This document shows positions 1-11,297 of a DNA stretch of 64,000 nt, in pieces. A model generated the notes under the pieces. The model did not search any database. It was not told the DNA's origin and worked only from the letters and a program-made list of their open reading frames with translations. The position numbers were made by a program, and so were the translations under genes. Source of the DNA: Candidatus Azobacteroides sp. (GTDB lineage Bacteria > Bacteroidota > Bacteroidia > Bacteroidales > WRGA01); assembly GCA_021201815.1 (NCBI GenBank), contig JAJQEC010000083.1, positions 5,177 to 69,176 on the forward strand. The letters run 5' to 3'. Position 1 is the first letter of the stretch. Each line of letters starts with the position of its first letter.

Positions 1-14
1 TTTCCGTTATTCAT
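1..14 (-). CDS. 5' end of the next atp gene (probably F1 delta), cut by the window edge
   Basis: ATG at 12-14 on the minus strand, 4 nt after the atpF stop (19-21). Only 5 codons (MNNG..) are visible. Confidence 0.3.
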
Positions 15-18
15 GAGT

Positions 19-522
19 TTAATTTTTACCGGTCGAATTGATTTCCTGCAGCAGGCGGTCAATCATATTTTCCTGTTCTGCCGTCGTATTCAGATTCTCG
101 CGGATCACTTTTTCTGCTATTTCTATGGAAATAGAAGCTATTTCCGATCTTACCTGTCTTAGAATATCTTCCTTTTCTTTCTGAATGGTAATTTGTGCGG
201 ATGACAGAATATTATCTGCTTCCAGTTGGGCTTGTTTCTTTGCCTCTTCAATCAGGTCAGAACGCATCTGGTTTGTTTCGTTCAGGATACGCATTTGTTC
301 CTTACGGGCTTCTGCCAGAATGGCTTCTCCTTCTTCTTTAATACTTGTCAGCCTTTCGTTTGCCTCCTGTGCCGAACGCACAGAATCATCAATGAACCGG
401 GCACGTTTGTCCACCCCATCAATAATCATAGGCCATGCGTATTTGCCCAGGATAAAGAGCACAATCAAAAACGGAATGAGCATCCAAAATATGAGCCCGA
501 CTTCCGGAGTAAACAGTTCCAT
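19..522 (-). CDS. atpF: F-type ATP synthase Fo subunit b
   Basis: Start taken at the internal ATG 520-522 (MELFTPEVGLIFWMLIPFLIVLFIL...). One N-terminal TM helix, then a long charged coiled coil. Lies directly after atpE. Confidence 0.85.
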   Translation of the reverse strand: MELFTPEVGLIFWMLIPFLIVLFILGKYAWPMIIDGVDKRARFIDDSVRSAQEANERLTSIKEEGEAILAEARKEQMRILNETNQMRSDLIEEAKKQAQLEADNILSSAQITIQKEKEDILRQVRSEIASISIEIAEKVIRENLNTTAEQENMIDRLLQEINSTGKN

Positions 523-587
523 AATAATTAAATAATTAAGGAATAACCTGTAAAGGGAAAATACCATTTACAGGCATTCCATAGATT

Positions 588-854
<267 letters not shown>

Positions 855-901
855 TTAAGTGATTATTCTATTTATTAATTATTTTAATTTTAATCGGTTA
901 A

Positions 902-1990
902 TTAATGTGTGGCATGATGTTTCACCTGTCCCAGTCCGATGAAAATGGAGGAAAGCATGGTAAATACATACGCCTGAATAAAAGAAATCAGTACGTCCAA
1001 TGCCAGCATAAACAGAGAGAAAGCAATAGAAAACACAGACACTCCTCCAGCTACTACATTCCCTGCCAGGTTGGCGAAAATAAAAATCAGTCCCATTAAT
1101 ACCAGAATAATAAAGTGTCCGGATAGCATATTCGCAAACAGACGGACCATCAGGGCAAAAGGTTTGGTAAACATTCCCAGGATTTCTATAAACGGCATAA
1201 TGGGAATCGGAACTTTCAGCCATACCGGTACATCCGGCCAGAAAATTTCTTTCCAGTACTCTTTGTTTCCGAAAATATTGGTAATGAAAAAAGTAATCAA
1301 TGCCAGGACAAGGGTTACGGAAATATTTCCGGTAACATTTGCTGCTCCCGGAAAAATGGGGATCAATCCCAGTAAATTATTCAACAGGATAAAATAAAAT
1401 GCCGTAAGAAGGTAGGGAGCAAACTTACGGTAATTTTCTCCGACACAAGGTTTGATTACATCGTCATAAATATACATGGTCAGCATTTCCAGGCTTCCGG
1501 CAATACCTTTCCGGCCTTTCAGCGGATCCTTTTTATAACCTGCTGCAAGTGACAGGAAAATAATAATCAGCAAGGTGCAGGAAAGAACAATAGAAGCCGC
1601 GTTTTTTGTAAAAGAAATATCAAAAGGCCTGACTTCTTCTCCTGCACTATTAATTTCAACTATTTTTCCGTTATATTCATCGCTATGGGAAATTTGAAAA
1701 CCTTTATAGGAATAGCCATGTGCCAGATGGGAAGAGGAAAAAACAAACCACCCTCTTTCCGCACTTTTTACAATTACCGGCAGTGGAATAGAAATATGTT
1801 TATCTCCCGGTAAGGTAATGACATGCCACTCATATGCATCCAGTACATGCGAGAAGATCATATCTTTCAGGTTAAACTGCTCCTGTTCTTTCGCTAATTC
1901 CGTATCAGTGGCTTCGGCTTTCGCCGCAACCCCCAGAAAGAGTATCAGAAAGAGTGAAGCTATTCCTATATGTTTGAATTTAAAATACAT
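902..1990 (-). CDS. atpB: F-type ATP synthase Fo subunit a, with a long N-terminal extension
   Basis: 362 aa. The C-terminal half is polytopic and carries the Fo-a signature around the essential Arg (FALMVRLFANMLSGH). Confidence 0.9.
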   Translation of the reverse strand: MYFKFKHIGIASLFLILFLGVAAKAEATDTELAKEQEQFNLKDMIFSHVLDAYEWHVITLPGDKHISIPLPVIVKSAERGWFVFSSSHLAHGYSYKGFQISHSDEYNGKIVEINSAGEEVRPFDISFTKNAASIVLSCTLLIIIFLSLAAGYKKDPLKGRKGIAGSLEMLTMYIYDDVIKPCVGENYRKFAPYLLTAFYFILLNNLLGLIPIFPGAANVTGNISVTLVLALITFFITNIFGNKEYWKEIFWPDVPVWLKVPIPIMPFIEILGMFTKPFALMVRLFANMLSGHFIILVLMGLIFIFANLAGNVVAGGVSVFSIAFSLFMLALDVLISFIQAYVFTMLSSIFIGLGQVKHHATH

Positions 1991-2028
1991 ATTGTATATT
2001 TTTATACTGTTTTTTCCTGTCGTTTTTA

Positions 2029-2415
2029 TTATGCTTTTTTTGCGGAGAACAACAACATTAATTTTGTTTCAAATACGCTATAAGCAATATAAAATATAAC
2101 AAAAACCACTAAAAACGGGACAACCGTACTTTTATCAATGACTAATCCTGCTACAAATAAAGTTATTGCTCCTATTACCTTAACCAGCTTCAGAAGAGTT
2201 AACTTTTTTAAAGAAGGTGCTTCTGTTTTTTTCTTAGAAAAATCATTCAGTAAAAGACAGAGGGGAATACTATTCAGGACATAATACACAGGAAGGAAAG
2301 GAAAAAACTTCGGATAATGCTCCATTCCTGCTACATAGAAGAAAAGAACAATTAATCCGGATATTCCCACCATTAACATTACTCCTTTTAAAAAAATATT
2401 TTTCCCCATGTCCAT
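2029..2415 (-). CDS. Small polytopic membrane protein inside the atp operon (AtpI/AtpZ-like position)
   Basis: 128 aa, about 4 hydrophobic helices, no recognisable motif. Abuts atpC (stop/start 2415/2416). Confidence 0.6.
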   Translation of the reverse strand: MDMGKNIFLKGVMLMVGISGLIVLFFYVAGMEHYPKFFPFLPVYYVLNSIPLCLLLNDFSKKKTEAPSLKKLTLLKLVKVIGAITLFVAGLVIDKSTVVPFLVVFVIFYIAYSVFETKLMLLFSAKKA

Positions 2416-2670
2416 TTATTCCCTTGTATTTAATACCTGCTCCACACAAACCGTGATCACATTATTTTTCATCTCAATGAATCCGCCGTCAATAAGTAAC
2501 TGCGTATCCTGGCCACCGGAAACATATCTCAATTTTCCTTTTTCCAGCGTAGAAATAATCGGGGCATGTCCCGGCATAATGGTAAAGCTACCCAGTGTAC
2601 CTGGTAACGTAACTAATTCTGCATCTCCGGAAAATACATTTCCTTCAGGGGATATAATTTCTAGTTTCAT
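2416..2670 (-). CDS. atpC: F1 ATP synthase epsilon subunit, short form (beta-sandwich only)
   Basis: 84 aa. MKLEIISPEG..F.G.A..VTLPG..G.F.IMPGHAP matches the epsilon N-terminal domain. The C-terminal helical hairpin is absent. Confidence 0.85.
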   Translation of the reverse strand: MKLEIISPEGNVFSGDAELVTLPGTLGSFTIMPGHAPIISTLEKGKLRYVSGGQDTQLLIDGGFIEMKNNVITVCVEQVLNTRE

Positions 2671-2692
2671 TGAAATAAAAATAAAAGATTAA

Positions 2693-4207
<1,515 letters not shown>

Positions 4208-4402
4208 TTACATTCTGATAATGTTTCCCGAAAAACCCTATGCGATTCATTGAATTTTCCAACTAATTATTCCCTTTCTCCCTACCTCTTATTCATTGAA
4301 TTTTATAGGCAGGTAACTTCTTTCTGATCATATAGATAGTATATGAAGAAAGTACCGGTAATATGTTTTATTGAAAAAGTATAACAACCTCTAAGGGTTA
4401 TG

Positions 4403-4410
4403 CAAATTTA
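4403..4410 (-). promoter_or_regulatory. Bacteroidota -7 box (TAAATTTG) upstream of atpD
   Basis: caaattta on the plus strand reads TAnnTTTG on the minus strand, about 210 nt upstream of the atpD ATG. Confidence 0.4.
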
Positions 4411-4758
4411 GAAAACTATTCCTTTTAAAAAAAGGGTTTGGCTAATATTTTTGGAAAGTTTTTGTTATGAACAAATAATTGTTAATTTTATGTATATTTT
4501 TGAATCTTCCGTTTTTATTTATTATTATCAGCCTGCAAAGATTACGTGAAAAAAAGACCGATCTTTTATGAGCTACTTATTTATTGAACTCTATTTCCTT
4601 TTTCCTTTTGAAATATCCAACTCTCAAAGACAAATAGGAAACTTTTTGGTTAATCCCTAATGAAAGTCCCCCCTGTCCGGCTCTCTGTAGGAGTGCAAAA
4701 GACGATTATAGGGTTTCCGAAGAAGAAAACCTGTAAGGAAGGTTGGTATGCTCGATGG

Positions 4759-4806
4759 CCGTGTGATGAGGCCGCACGGATAATGACATGGCGCCACTCC
4801 GTGGCT
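4759..4806 (-). repeat. 48-nt intergenic repeat, copy 1 (inverted partner of copy 2)
   Basis: The minus strand reads agccacggagtggcgccatgtcattatccgtgcggcctcatcacacgg. 39/48 identical to the plus-strand copy at 4914-4961. Confidence 0.8.
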
Positions 4807-4913
4807 TCTTGTTGAGATACCCATCCACATAGTAGTTTGTTTCCCAATTATCTTATTCTCTCATTAGCACATTGGCATATTGATCAATGACATCAAAAAA
4901 ACATTCACCTCAA

Positions 4914-4961
4914 AGCCGCGTAGCGGCGTCATGTAACTAGCCGTGCTGCCTCAGCACACGG
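4914..4961 (+). repeat. 48-nt intergenic repeat, copy 2
   Basis: agccgcgtagcggcgtcatgtaactagccgtgctgcctcagcacacgg, followed by a T8 run. Related copies at 4759-4806(-), 20923-20970(+) and 49377-49424(-). Confidence 0.8.
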
Positions 4962-5413
4962 TTCTTTTTTTTAATAATGCAGTATATATTTGCATTTCGC
5001 TGTATTTTGTTGTATATTTGTAACTGTAAATAAATAAAACCCAAAAACAGGGAATAAGATATGGAATCTTTATTTTTCAAATACATATTTTCAACGCTTC
5101 TGCTGATTTTTACAGAAAGAAAAAGTGTGTCTGTGTATCCTATCTATCCATTAAACTTTTATTTAACTACTAAAAATACAAAAGAAAGGAAACGGAATAT
5201 TAATCCTATCTTCAATCCTTTCCCGTTCCTTTCTGTAGCCTTCCTACGCATAGGGAAAGGAAATTATTGTCGTTCTTCTTCCTCTTTCCACAGCAAGAGG
5301 AACCGTGCATTATTCCTTCTTTCTGCACCTTCTACCTATTATTTCCCGGCCTTTTCAGGGAAAACAGGGATAAAACCAGGTAAAAAACTCCTATTTTTTT
5401 ACTAAAAACGTTT

Positions 5414-5568
5414 CACTTTAGTACTAAAGTGGGTCAACTAATACGGGAAAAAAGCCGTTTTTTCGGTTAAAAATGCCCAACTATCCCGTATTAGTTGCGC
5501 ATTTATGTCATATTAGTTTCTCCACTATCCCGTATTAGTTGACAAACTATTACGGGATAGTGGAGAAA
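5414..5568. repeat. Cluster of palindromes built on a CCCGTAtTAGTT motif
   Basis: 18-bp perfect palindrome cactttagtactaaagtg (5414-5431). 14-bp inverted repeat caactaatacggga/tcccgtattagttg (5435-5448/5484-5497). About 52-bp near-perfect palindrome 5517-5568. Confidence 0.8.
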
Positions 5569-5850
5569 TTTGTAAAAGAAGGTGTTTTTTCCATAAAATC
5601 GGGAAAAAAGAATTGCTATTTCTTTCTCTTGTTAAATTAATATTTTATTATTAAATGGCGAATTAAATAAATATTTATATGTTATTGTATACAATATAAT
5701 AAAAAGGTAAGTAAAATTATTATTAGCATGCTATTTTTCCTTTATTATTCTGTATAAAGTTAACCTACTTGTTCATAATTTTATAGTATAAGATGATAGT
5801 TGAGTAATTAAAAATAAACTAAAAGTATAATTTTTCTCGTAACTTTTTCT

Positions 5851-5858
5851 TATATTTG
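5851..5858 (+). promoter_or_regulatory. -7 box TATATTTG upstream of the TonB-C gene
   Basis: Matches TAnnTTTG, 57 nt upstream of the ATG at 5915. Confidence 0.45.
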
Positions 5859-5914
5859 TAATATCCAAAGTCTTTGGGATATAAATAGTTGGATCCTATT
5901 AAAATTGTTACCCT

Positions 5915-6307
5915 ATGAAAAAATCTATTTTCTTCTTCTTTTTTAATTTTTTTTGTTTGGTAACCTTCCCGCAACAGGAAGAATCGAAAATTATATCCGG
6001 ATCTATAGAGGAGCCTCCTTCATTTCCCGGAGGAAGCGCAGCCTTAATGAAATACCTGAACGATAATATCCGTTATTCCGATTCAATGATGGAAAGCGGG
6101 ATTCAGGGCCGGGTGGTTGTCCAGTTTAAAGTACTCGGAACCGGAGAGATTGTTGACATAAAAGTTATTCAGTCATTGGGAGAAGAATTTGACAGAGAAG
6201 CTGTCCGCTTAATAGAAAATATGCCTTTGTGGAATCCGGGAAAAAATGGTGGAGTGCCGGTGAATGCACTCTTTACTGTTCCCGTACGTTTTCGCTTTTC
6301 TTATTAA
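5915..6307 (+). CDS. TonB C-terminal-domain protein (energy transducer TonB family)
   Basis: 130 aa. N-terminal hydrophobic segment, then PPSFPGG..ALMKYL...GIQGRVVVQF.V...G.I.DIKV, typical of the TonB_C fold. Confidence 0.75.
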   Translation: MKKSIFFFFFNFFCLVTFPQQEESKIISGSIEEPPSFPGGSAALMKYLNDNIRYSDSMMESGIQGRVVVQFKVLGTGEIVDIKVIQSLGEEFDREAVRLIENMPLWNPGKNGGVPVNALFTVPVRFRFSY

Positions 6308-6481
6308 GACAGGAGGAGGAATGCTATGAGGAATATTTTATAAACGTACCATAAAACGGAAAAATAACGAATAGTTGCAATAGCCGGGGCTTTTATTCTT
6401 TTGATCTATTCATTTATAGGATAATAAGTTACAAATTCGTTTTTCATATATCCCATTTTTATGTACTCTGTAAAAAAATAT

Positions 6482-6489
6482 TACCTTTG
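6482..6489 (+). promoter_or_regulatory. -7 box TACCTTTG upstream of the oxidoreductase operon
   Basis: Matches TAnnTTTG, 28 nt upstream of the ATG at 6517. Confidence 0.5.
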
Positions 6490-6516
6490 CATTTGCTTAA
6501 AATAAAGAGAAGAAGT

Positions 6517-6747
6517 ATGGCAAAAATCAAAGGAGCCGTAGTCGTTAATAACGAACGATGCAAAGGGTGTGATCTTTGTGTTGTGGCTTGTCCTACCAAC
6601 GTACTGGCACTGAATAAAGAGGTTAACAGCAGAGGTTACCATTATGCTTTTATGCAATACCCGGATGAATGTATCGGTTGTGCGAACTGCGGGTACGTCT
6701 GTCCGGATGCCTGTATTACGGTTTACAAAGTGAAAGTAGAAAATTAA
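6517..6747 (+). CDS. korD: 2-oxoacid:ferredoxin oxidoreductase, delta (2x[4Fe-4S] ferredoxin) subunit
   Basis: 76 aa from ATG 6517 (the track ORF starts at an upstream TTG). Two CxxCxxCxxxCP motifs: CKGCDLCVVACP and CIGCANCGYVCP. Confidence 0.85.
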   Translation: MAKIKGAVVVNNERCKGCDLCVVACPTNVLALNKEVNSRGYHYAFMQYPDECIGCANCGYVCPDACITVYKVKVEN

Positions 6748-6750
6748 AGA

Positions 6751-7839
6751 ATGAAGGGAATGGCTGAAGACATAAAATTAATGAAAGGCAATGAAGCTAT
6801 TGCTCATGCTGCGATCAGATATGGAGCCGACGGATATTTCGGATATCCCATTACTCCCCAGTCGGAAATAATGGAAACGCTTATGGAAGAACACCCGTGG
6901 ACTACTACGGGCATGGTGGTACTGCAGGCTGAGAGTGAAGTAGCGGCTATTAATATGGTATACGGAGGCGCCGGATGTGGAAAACGGGTGATGACTTCCT
7001 CCTCAAGCCCCGGAATGAGCTTAAAGCAGGAAGGAATTTCCTATATCGCAGCCGGGGAATTACCCTGTCTTCTGGTAAATGTTATGCGTGGGGGGCCTGG
7101 TTTAGGAACGATTCAGCCCAGTCAGGCAGATTATTTTCAGACAGTGAAGGGAGGAGGGCATGGCGACTACAAGCTAATTACTCTGGCACCGGCTTCTGTT
7201 CAGGAAATGGCCGATTTCGTAGGCCTTGGTTTTGACCTGGCTTTCAAACATTCTAATCCTGTGGTTATTCTTACCGATGGCGTAATCGGTCAGATGATGG
7301 AAAAAGTAGTCTTACCACCTTACCAGCCACGATTGACCGAAGAAGAAATCCGGGAAAAATGTCCCTGGGCTACTCTTGGTAAACCGAAAGGAAGGAAACC
7401 GAATATTATTACTACGCTGGAGCTTGATTCTGCCGTGATGGAGAAAATAAATGAAAAGCTACAGGCAAAGTATCGGCACATAGAAGAAACAGAAGTGCGG
7501 TACGAAGCAATCTTGTGTGACGACGCGGATTATATAATCGTTGCTTTCGGTTCAGCGGCACGTATCTGTCAGAAAACAGTAGAGCTGGCACGGGAACAGG
7601 GATTGAAAGTCGGGCTTTTTCGTCCGGTTACCCTATGGCCTTTCCCGTCAAAAGAACTGAATTATTACGCAGACCGTGTAAAAGGAATGCTTTCTGTGGA
7701 ATTGAATGCCGGCCAGATGGTGGAAGATATCCGCCTCGCTGTGAAAGGAAAAATACCGGTAGAACACTTCGGCCGTCTCGGTGGAATTGTTCCGGATCCG
7801 AATGAAGTATTGGAGGCGCTTAAGAAAAAATGCTTTTAA
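6751..7839 (+). CDS. korA: 2-oxoacid:ferredoxin oxidoreductase alpha subunit
   Basis: 362 aa. GYPITPQSEI and the overall KorA/VorB-like sequence, with operon context. Confidence 0.88.
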   Translation: MKGMAEDIKLMKGNEAIAHAAIRYGADGYFGYPITPQSEIMETLMEEHPWTTTGMVVLQAESEVAAINMVYGGAGCGKRVMTSSSSPGMSLKQEGISYIAAGELPCLLVNVMRGGPGLGTIQPSQADYFQTVKGGGHGDYKLITLAPASVQEMADFVGLGFDLAFKHSNPVVILTDGVIGQMMEKVVLPPYQPRLTEEEIREKCPWATLGKPKGRKPNIITTLELDSAVMEKINEKLQAKYRHIEETEVRYEAILCDDADYIIVAFGSAARICQKTVELAREQGLKVGLFRPVTLWPFPSKELNYYADRVKGMLSVELNAGQMVEDIRLAVKGKIPVEHFGRLGGIVPDPNEVLEALKKKCF

Positions 7840-7863
7840 TATCCACGTGTTAATAGGAATCTT

Positions 7864-8625
7864 ATGAATATAACCGATATAATAAAACCCGAAAACCTGG
7901 TGTATGAGAAACCGGCATTAATGAATGATAATTACATGCATTATTGTCCGGGATGCAGTCATGGAGTAGTCCATAAACTGGTTGCAGAAGTGATTGAAGA
8001 AATGGGAATGGATGAAAAAACCATCGGAGTGGCTCCGGTAGGTTGTGCCGTATTTGCATATAATTACCTGGATATTGACTGGCAGGAAGCTGCGCATGGC
8101 CGTGCTCCGGCATTGGCAACCGCTATTAAAAGATTAAATCCGGATAAAATGGTATTTACTTATCAGGGAGATGGAGACTTAGCTGCCATTGGCACTGCAG
8201 AAACTATTCATGCCTGTAACCGGGGTGAAAATATCGTCATTATTTTTATAAATAATGCCATCTATGGTATGACCGGTGGACAGATGGCGCCTACTACTTT
8301 AGAGAGTATGAAAACTTCCACCTGTCCGATGGGAAGAAATACCGAACTGAATGGGTATCCGTTGAAAATATCCAATTTACTTGCCCAACTGGAAGGTACC
8401 TGCCTGGTAACCCGCCAGAGTACGCATACGGCTCCGGCAATTAAAAAAGCGAAGAAAATGCTGAAATTGGCATTTGAAAATTCAATGGCCGGAAAAGGTA
8501 CTTCTGTGGTGGAGTTCGTATCCAGTTGTAATTCCGGTTGGAAAATGTCTCCGGATGCAGCTAATAAGTGGATGGCAGAACACATGTTTGCCATGTATCC
8601 GCTCGGGGATTTGAAGAATTTGTAA
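7864..8625 (+). CDS. korB: 2-oxoacid:ferredoxin oxidoreductase beta (TPP-binding) subunit
   Basis: 253 aa. CPGC cysteines near the N-terminus and TPP motif YQGDGDLAAIG...NN.IYGMTGGQ. Confidence 0.88.
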   Translation: MNITDIIKPENLVYEKPALMNDNYMHYCPGCSHGVVHKLVAEVIEEMGMDEKTIGVAPVGCAVFAYNYLDIDWQEAAHGRAPALATAIKRLNPDKMVFTYQGDGDLAAIGTAETIHACNRGENIVIIFINNAIYGMTGGQMAPTTLESMKTSTCPMGRNTELNGYPLKISNLLAQLEGTCLVTRQSTHTAPAIKKAKKMLKLAFENSMAGKGTSVVEFVSSCNSGWKMSPDAANKWMAEHMFAMYPLGDLKNL

Positions 8626-8730
8626 TACTTGACATTTGTTATTTTAATCCGGTAAAGGAAGAGTACGATTTCTAATCTTCGTATTAGGGAATCATTTCTT
8701 CGGAATTGAATAAAAGATAAATTTAATCAG

Positions 8731-9276
8731 ATGAAAGAAGAAATAATTATAGCCGGTTTCGGAGGACAAGGGGTTCTTTCCATGGGTAAAATTCTGGCAT
8801 ATTCAGGGTTAATGGAAGGGAAAGAAGTAAGCTGGATGCCTTCTTATGGACCCGAACAACGCGGAGGAACTGCGAATGTAACGGTTATTTTAAGCGACCG
8901 GCCAATCAGTTCTCCTATTTTGAATGAATATGATACGGCTATTATCCTGAACCAGCCTTCTCTGGCAAAATTTGAACAAACAGTAAAACCGGGTGGTACG
9001 TTGATCTTTGATGGATATGGAATACCTAATCCTCCTACACGCCAGGATATTTCGGTTTACCGGATCAATGCGATGGATGCGGCTACAGAAATGAAAAATA
9101 GCAAAGCTTTTAATATGATTGTATTGGGAGGCTTACTGAAAATACGTCCCATGGTTACGCTTGGGAATGTAATTGAAGGACTGAAAAAATCCCTGCCGGA
9201 ACGCCATCATCACTTAATACCTATGAATGAGCAGGCTATTCAGAAAGGAATGGAGTTGATTGTAAAAATAAATTAA
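8731..9276 (+). CDS. korG: 2-oxoacid:ferredoxin oxidoreductase gamma subunit
   Basis: 181 aa. IIAGFGGQGVLSMGKIL N-terminus typical of the gamma subunit family. Confidence 0.85.
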   Translation: MKEEIIIAGFGGQGVLSMGKILAYSGLMEGKEVSWMPSYGPEQRGGTANVTVILSDRPISSPILNEYDTAIILNQPSLAKFEQTVKPGGTLIFDGYGIPNPPTRQDISVYRINAMDAATEMKNSKAFNMIVLGGLLKIRPMVTLGNVIEGLKKSLPERHHHLIPMNEQAIQKGMELIVKIN

Positions 9277-9335
9277 CCTGTTAACCACGGTATCGTGAAA
9301 ATCTATAAAAGGTGCTTTTTTTTAGTAAAAAAAAG

Positions 9336-9343
9336 TATCTTTG
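9336..9343 (+). promoter_or_regulatory. -7 box TATCTTTG upstream of psd
   Basis: Matches TAnnTTTG, 50 nt upstream of the ATG at 9393. Confidence 0.5.
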
Positions 9344-9392
9344 CATCTGTAGTTAACTAAAATCTGATACATTTATTTGTTGAACTTGATAT

Positions 9393-10088
9393 ATGGCAAT
9401 AAAAAGGATTAGAAAATATAAAATTCACAGGGAAGGAGTAAATATCATTATTTATTCTTTTATCCTTTTATTAGTAATAAACCTGCTTTCACACCGTTTC
9501 TTACCTTCAGGTTTATTTATCGGTCTGGGAGTAGTTTCTTTATTATTTTTTCTCCTCATTGTCAACTTTTTCAGAAGTCCCCGGAGGCATTTCAATATGG
9601 AAGATACGACAGGGATTGTCGTGGCACCGGCAGATGGAAAGGTTGTGGTGATTGAAGAAGTCATGGAAAATGAATATTTTCATGATAAACGAATTCAGGT
9701 TTCTATCTTCATGTCTGTGGTAAATGTGCATGCAAACTGGTATCCGGTAGATGGAAAAGTGTTATACGCAAAGCATTATAATGGTCGTTTTCAGGCAGCC
9801 TGGCTACCTAAATCCAGTACTGAAAATGAACGTTCTACGGTAGTCCTGGAAACGGAAGACGGCGTGCAGATCTTAATGAGGCAGGTAGCAGGCGCGCTGG
9901 CCCGGAGAATTGTTACCTATGCAAAGCCAGGGGACGAATGTTCTATTGAGGAGCACATGGGATTTATTAAATTCGGTTCCCGGGTGGATGTGTATCTGCC
10001 ATTGGATACGGATATAAAAGTAACAATGAACCAGTTGGTAACAGGTTGCCATACTGTCATTGCCGAATTGAAGAAAAAAGAAAATTGA
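9393..10088 (+). CDS. psd: Phosphatidylserine decarboxylase proenzyme
   Basis: 231 aa. N-terminal membrane segment and a C-terminal [10 protein letters not shown] self-cleavage (G-S) region. Confidence 0.88.
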   Translation: MAIKRIRKYKIHREGVNIIIYSFILLLVINLLSHRFLPSGLFIGLGVVSLLFFLLIVNFFRSPRRHFNMEDTTGIVVAPADGKVVVIEEVMENEYFHDKRIQVSIFMSVVNVHANWYPVDGKVLYAKHYNGRFQAAWLPKSSTENERSTVVLETEDGVQILMRQVAGALARRIVTYAKPGDECSIEEHMGFIKFGSRVDVYLPLDTDIKVTMNQLVTGCHTVIAELKKKEN

Positions 10089-10798
10089 GAGCGGTAACAA
10101 AACATATTCCGAATTTCTTAACGTGTGTCAATCTTTTTTTTGGTTGCCTGGCTTGTATAGCGGCTTTTAAAGGAGATTTCTGGTACACATTCCTATGGGT
10201 TATAATAGGGGCACTGTTTGATTTCTCGGACGGATTTGCCGCCCGTATGTTAAAGGCATATTCTGCTATGGGAAAGGAACTGGATAGCCTGGCAGATATC
10301 ATTACATTCGGAATGGCTCCTGCTATTGCTGTTTTTTCTTTTTTACAGCTTTCTTTATTCCAGTATGAATTTCCTTATACGAAATATGTGGCCTGTATTG
10401 CATTTTTATTAGTTATATTCTCTGCATTACGCTTGGCAAAATTTAATGTCGATGAAAGGCAGACGAGTTCCTTTATCGGGTTACCTACTTCGGCCAATGC
10501 CCTTTTCTGGGTAAGTTTACTGCTTGGACTGGAAAAATACCTGTTGGAAAACATCTATGTTCCCATCGGTGTTATCTTATTAATTATTGTATTTTCTTTG
10601 TTGATGGTATCGGAAATACCCATGTTTTCATTGAAAATCAAGAGCCTCTCCTGGAAGGAAAACTACCTACAATACATATTAATAGTATGTATGGTAGTAT
10701 TGGTAGCATTATTCGGGTGGGGTGGAATATCACTTGGGATACTTATATATATCCTGTTATCAATAATTAATCGTTATAAAGTGAAAAGTATAAAGTAA
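10046..10798 (+). CDS. pssA: CDP-diacylglycerol-serine O-phosphatidyltransferase
   Basis: CDP-alcohol phosphatidyltransferase motif DGFAAR-x8-G-x3-D-x3-D ([23 protein letters not shown]). The true start may be the TTG at 10085, overlapping the psd stop. Confidence 0.85.
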   Translation: MPYCHCRIEEKRKLRAVTKHIPNFLTCVNLFFGCLACIAAFKGDFWYTFLWVIIGALFDFSDGFAARMLKAYSAMGKELDSLADIITFGMAPAIAVFSFLQLSLFQYEFPYTKYVACIAFLLVIFSALRLAKFNVDERQTSSFIGLPTSANALFWVSLLLGLEKYLLENIYVPIGVILLIIVFSLLMVSEIPMFSLKIKSLSWKENYLQYILIVCMVVLVALFGWGGISLGILIYILLSIINRYKVKSIK

Positions 10799-10859
10799 AA
10801 GTATAAAGCAATTCATTTTTTACTTTATACCTTTTATCTTTTACTTTAAAAAAATTAGT

Positions 10860-11114
10860 ATGTCTCTTCTATTTGCTATATTTATTATATTTCTTCTTTT
10901 ACTATTTATTTTTCCTATGTTGGGAGTTTCTATCCTAAGGGCTCTTTTAAGGGCACTCTTTGGAACCTCCGGAAATAAGGATACACAGCAGGGGCCGACG
11001 TATCATTCTTCTACCCGGTCACCGGAGAAAAGGAAAAAAATCATTGACAAAAACGAAGGGGAGTATGTGGACTTTGAGGAAGTCAAGGATGATGAAGATA
11101 ATGTGCCAATGTGA
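10860..11114 (+). CDS. Small membrane protein, DUF4834-like
   Basis: 84 aa. N-terminal TM helix and acidic tail with GEYVDFEEV, as I recall for DUF4834. The last 14 nt lie inside the left inverted repeat. Confidence 0.55.
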   Translation: MSLLFAIFIIFLLLLFIFPMLGVSILRALLRALFGTSGNKDTQQGPTYHSSTRSPEKRKKIIDKNEGEYVDFEEVKDDEDNVPM

Positions 11115-11177
11115 AAATATGCCAATGTGCCAATGAAAGAATTGACAAAGTCAATTCTTGAATGTGATAAATAAACA
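11101..11177 (+). repeat. Left inverted repeat bracketing the toxin cassette
   Basis: atgtgccaatgtgaaaatatgccaatgtgccaat + hairpin aagaattgacaaagtcaattctt + gaatgtgataaa. The reverse complement recurs at 14253-14325. Confidence 0.85.
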
Positions 11178-11297
11178 TTATAAGGAAGAAAGTTTACTTG
11201 GCTGATATTGTATGTGATTATTTGTTTAAATAAATTTTGTTTTATACTTTTATAAAATATCCATTATTTATGCATTGCTGATTTAATACAGAAGACT

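Noticed and set aside
4655-4685. RNase P RNA, suggested by a GAAAGTCC-like string (atgaaagtcccccc).
   Set aside because: The other universally conserved RNase P blocks (AGGGTGAAA..., ACAGAAnnCGGCTTA) are not present in the surrounding 400 nt.
4650-4847. 65-aa ORF (minus strand), and similarly 49312-49608 (98 aa), both in long intergenic regions.
   Set aside because: Their only resemblance to each other (..TEW..) comes from the 48-nt DNA repeat they overlap. There is no start context and no motif, so they are treated as non-coding.
4939-4963. Group II intron domain V, read from agccgtgctgcctcagcacacggtt (AGC...GUU with a G-U pair and a CA bulge).
   Set aside because: It is only about 25 nt against the canonical 34-nt domain V. 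It has no GNRA loop, no GUGYG 5' end, no domain VI and no RT ORF nearby. The same sequence occurs as a short stand-alone DNA repeat.
5061-5405. 114-aa ORF in pyrimidine-rich DNA.
   Set aside because: The translation is low-complexity (F/L/S/K-rich), with no signal, TM logic or motif. It is probably non-coding.
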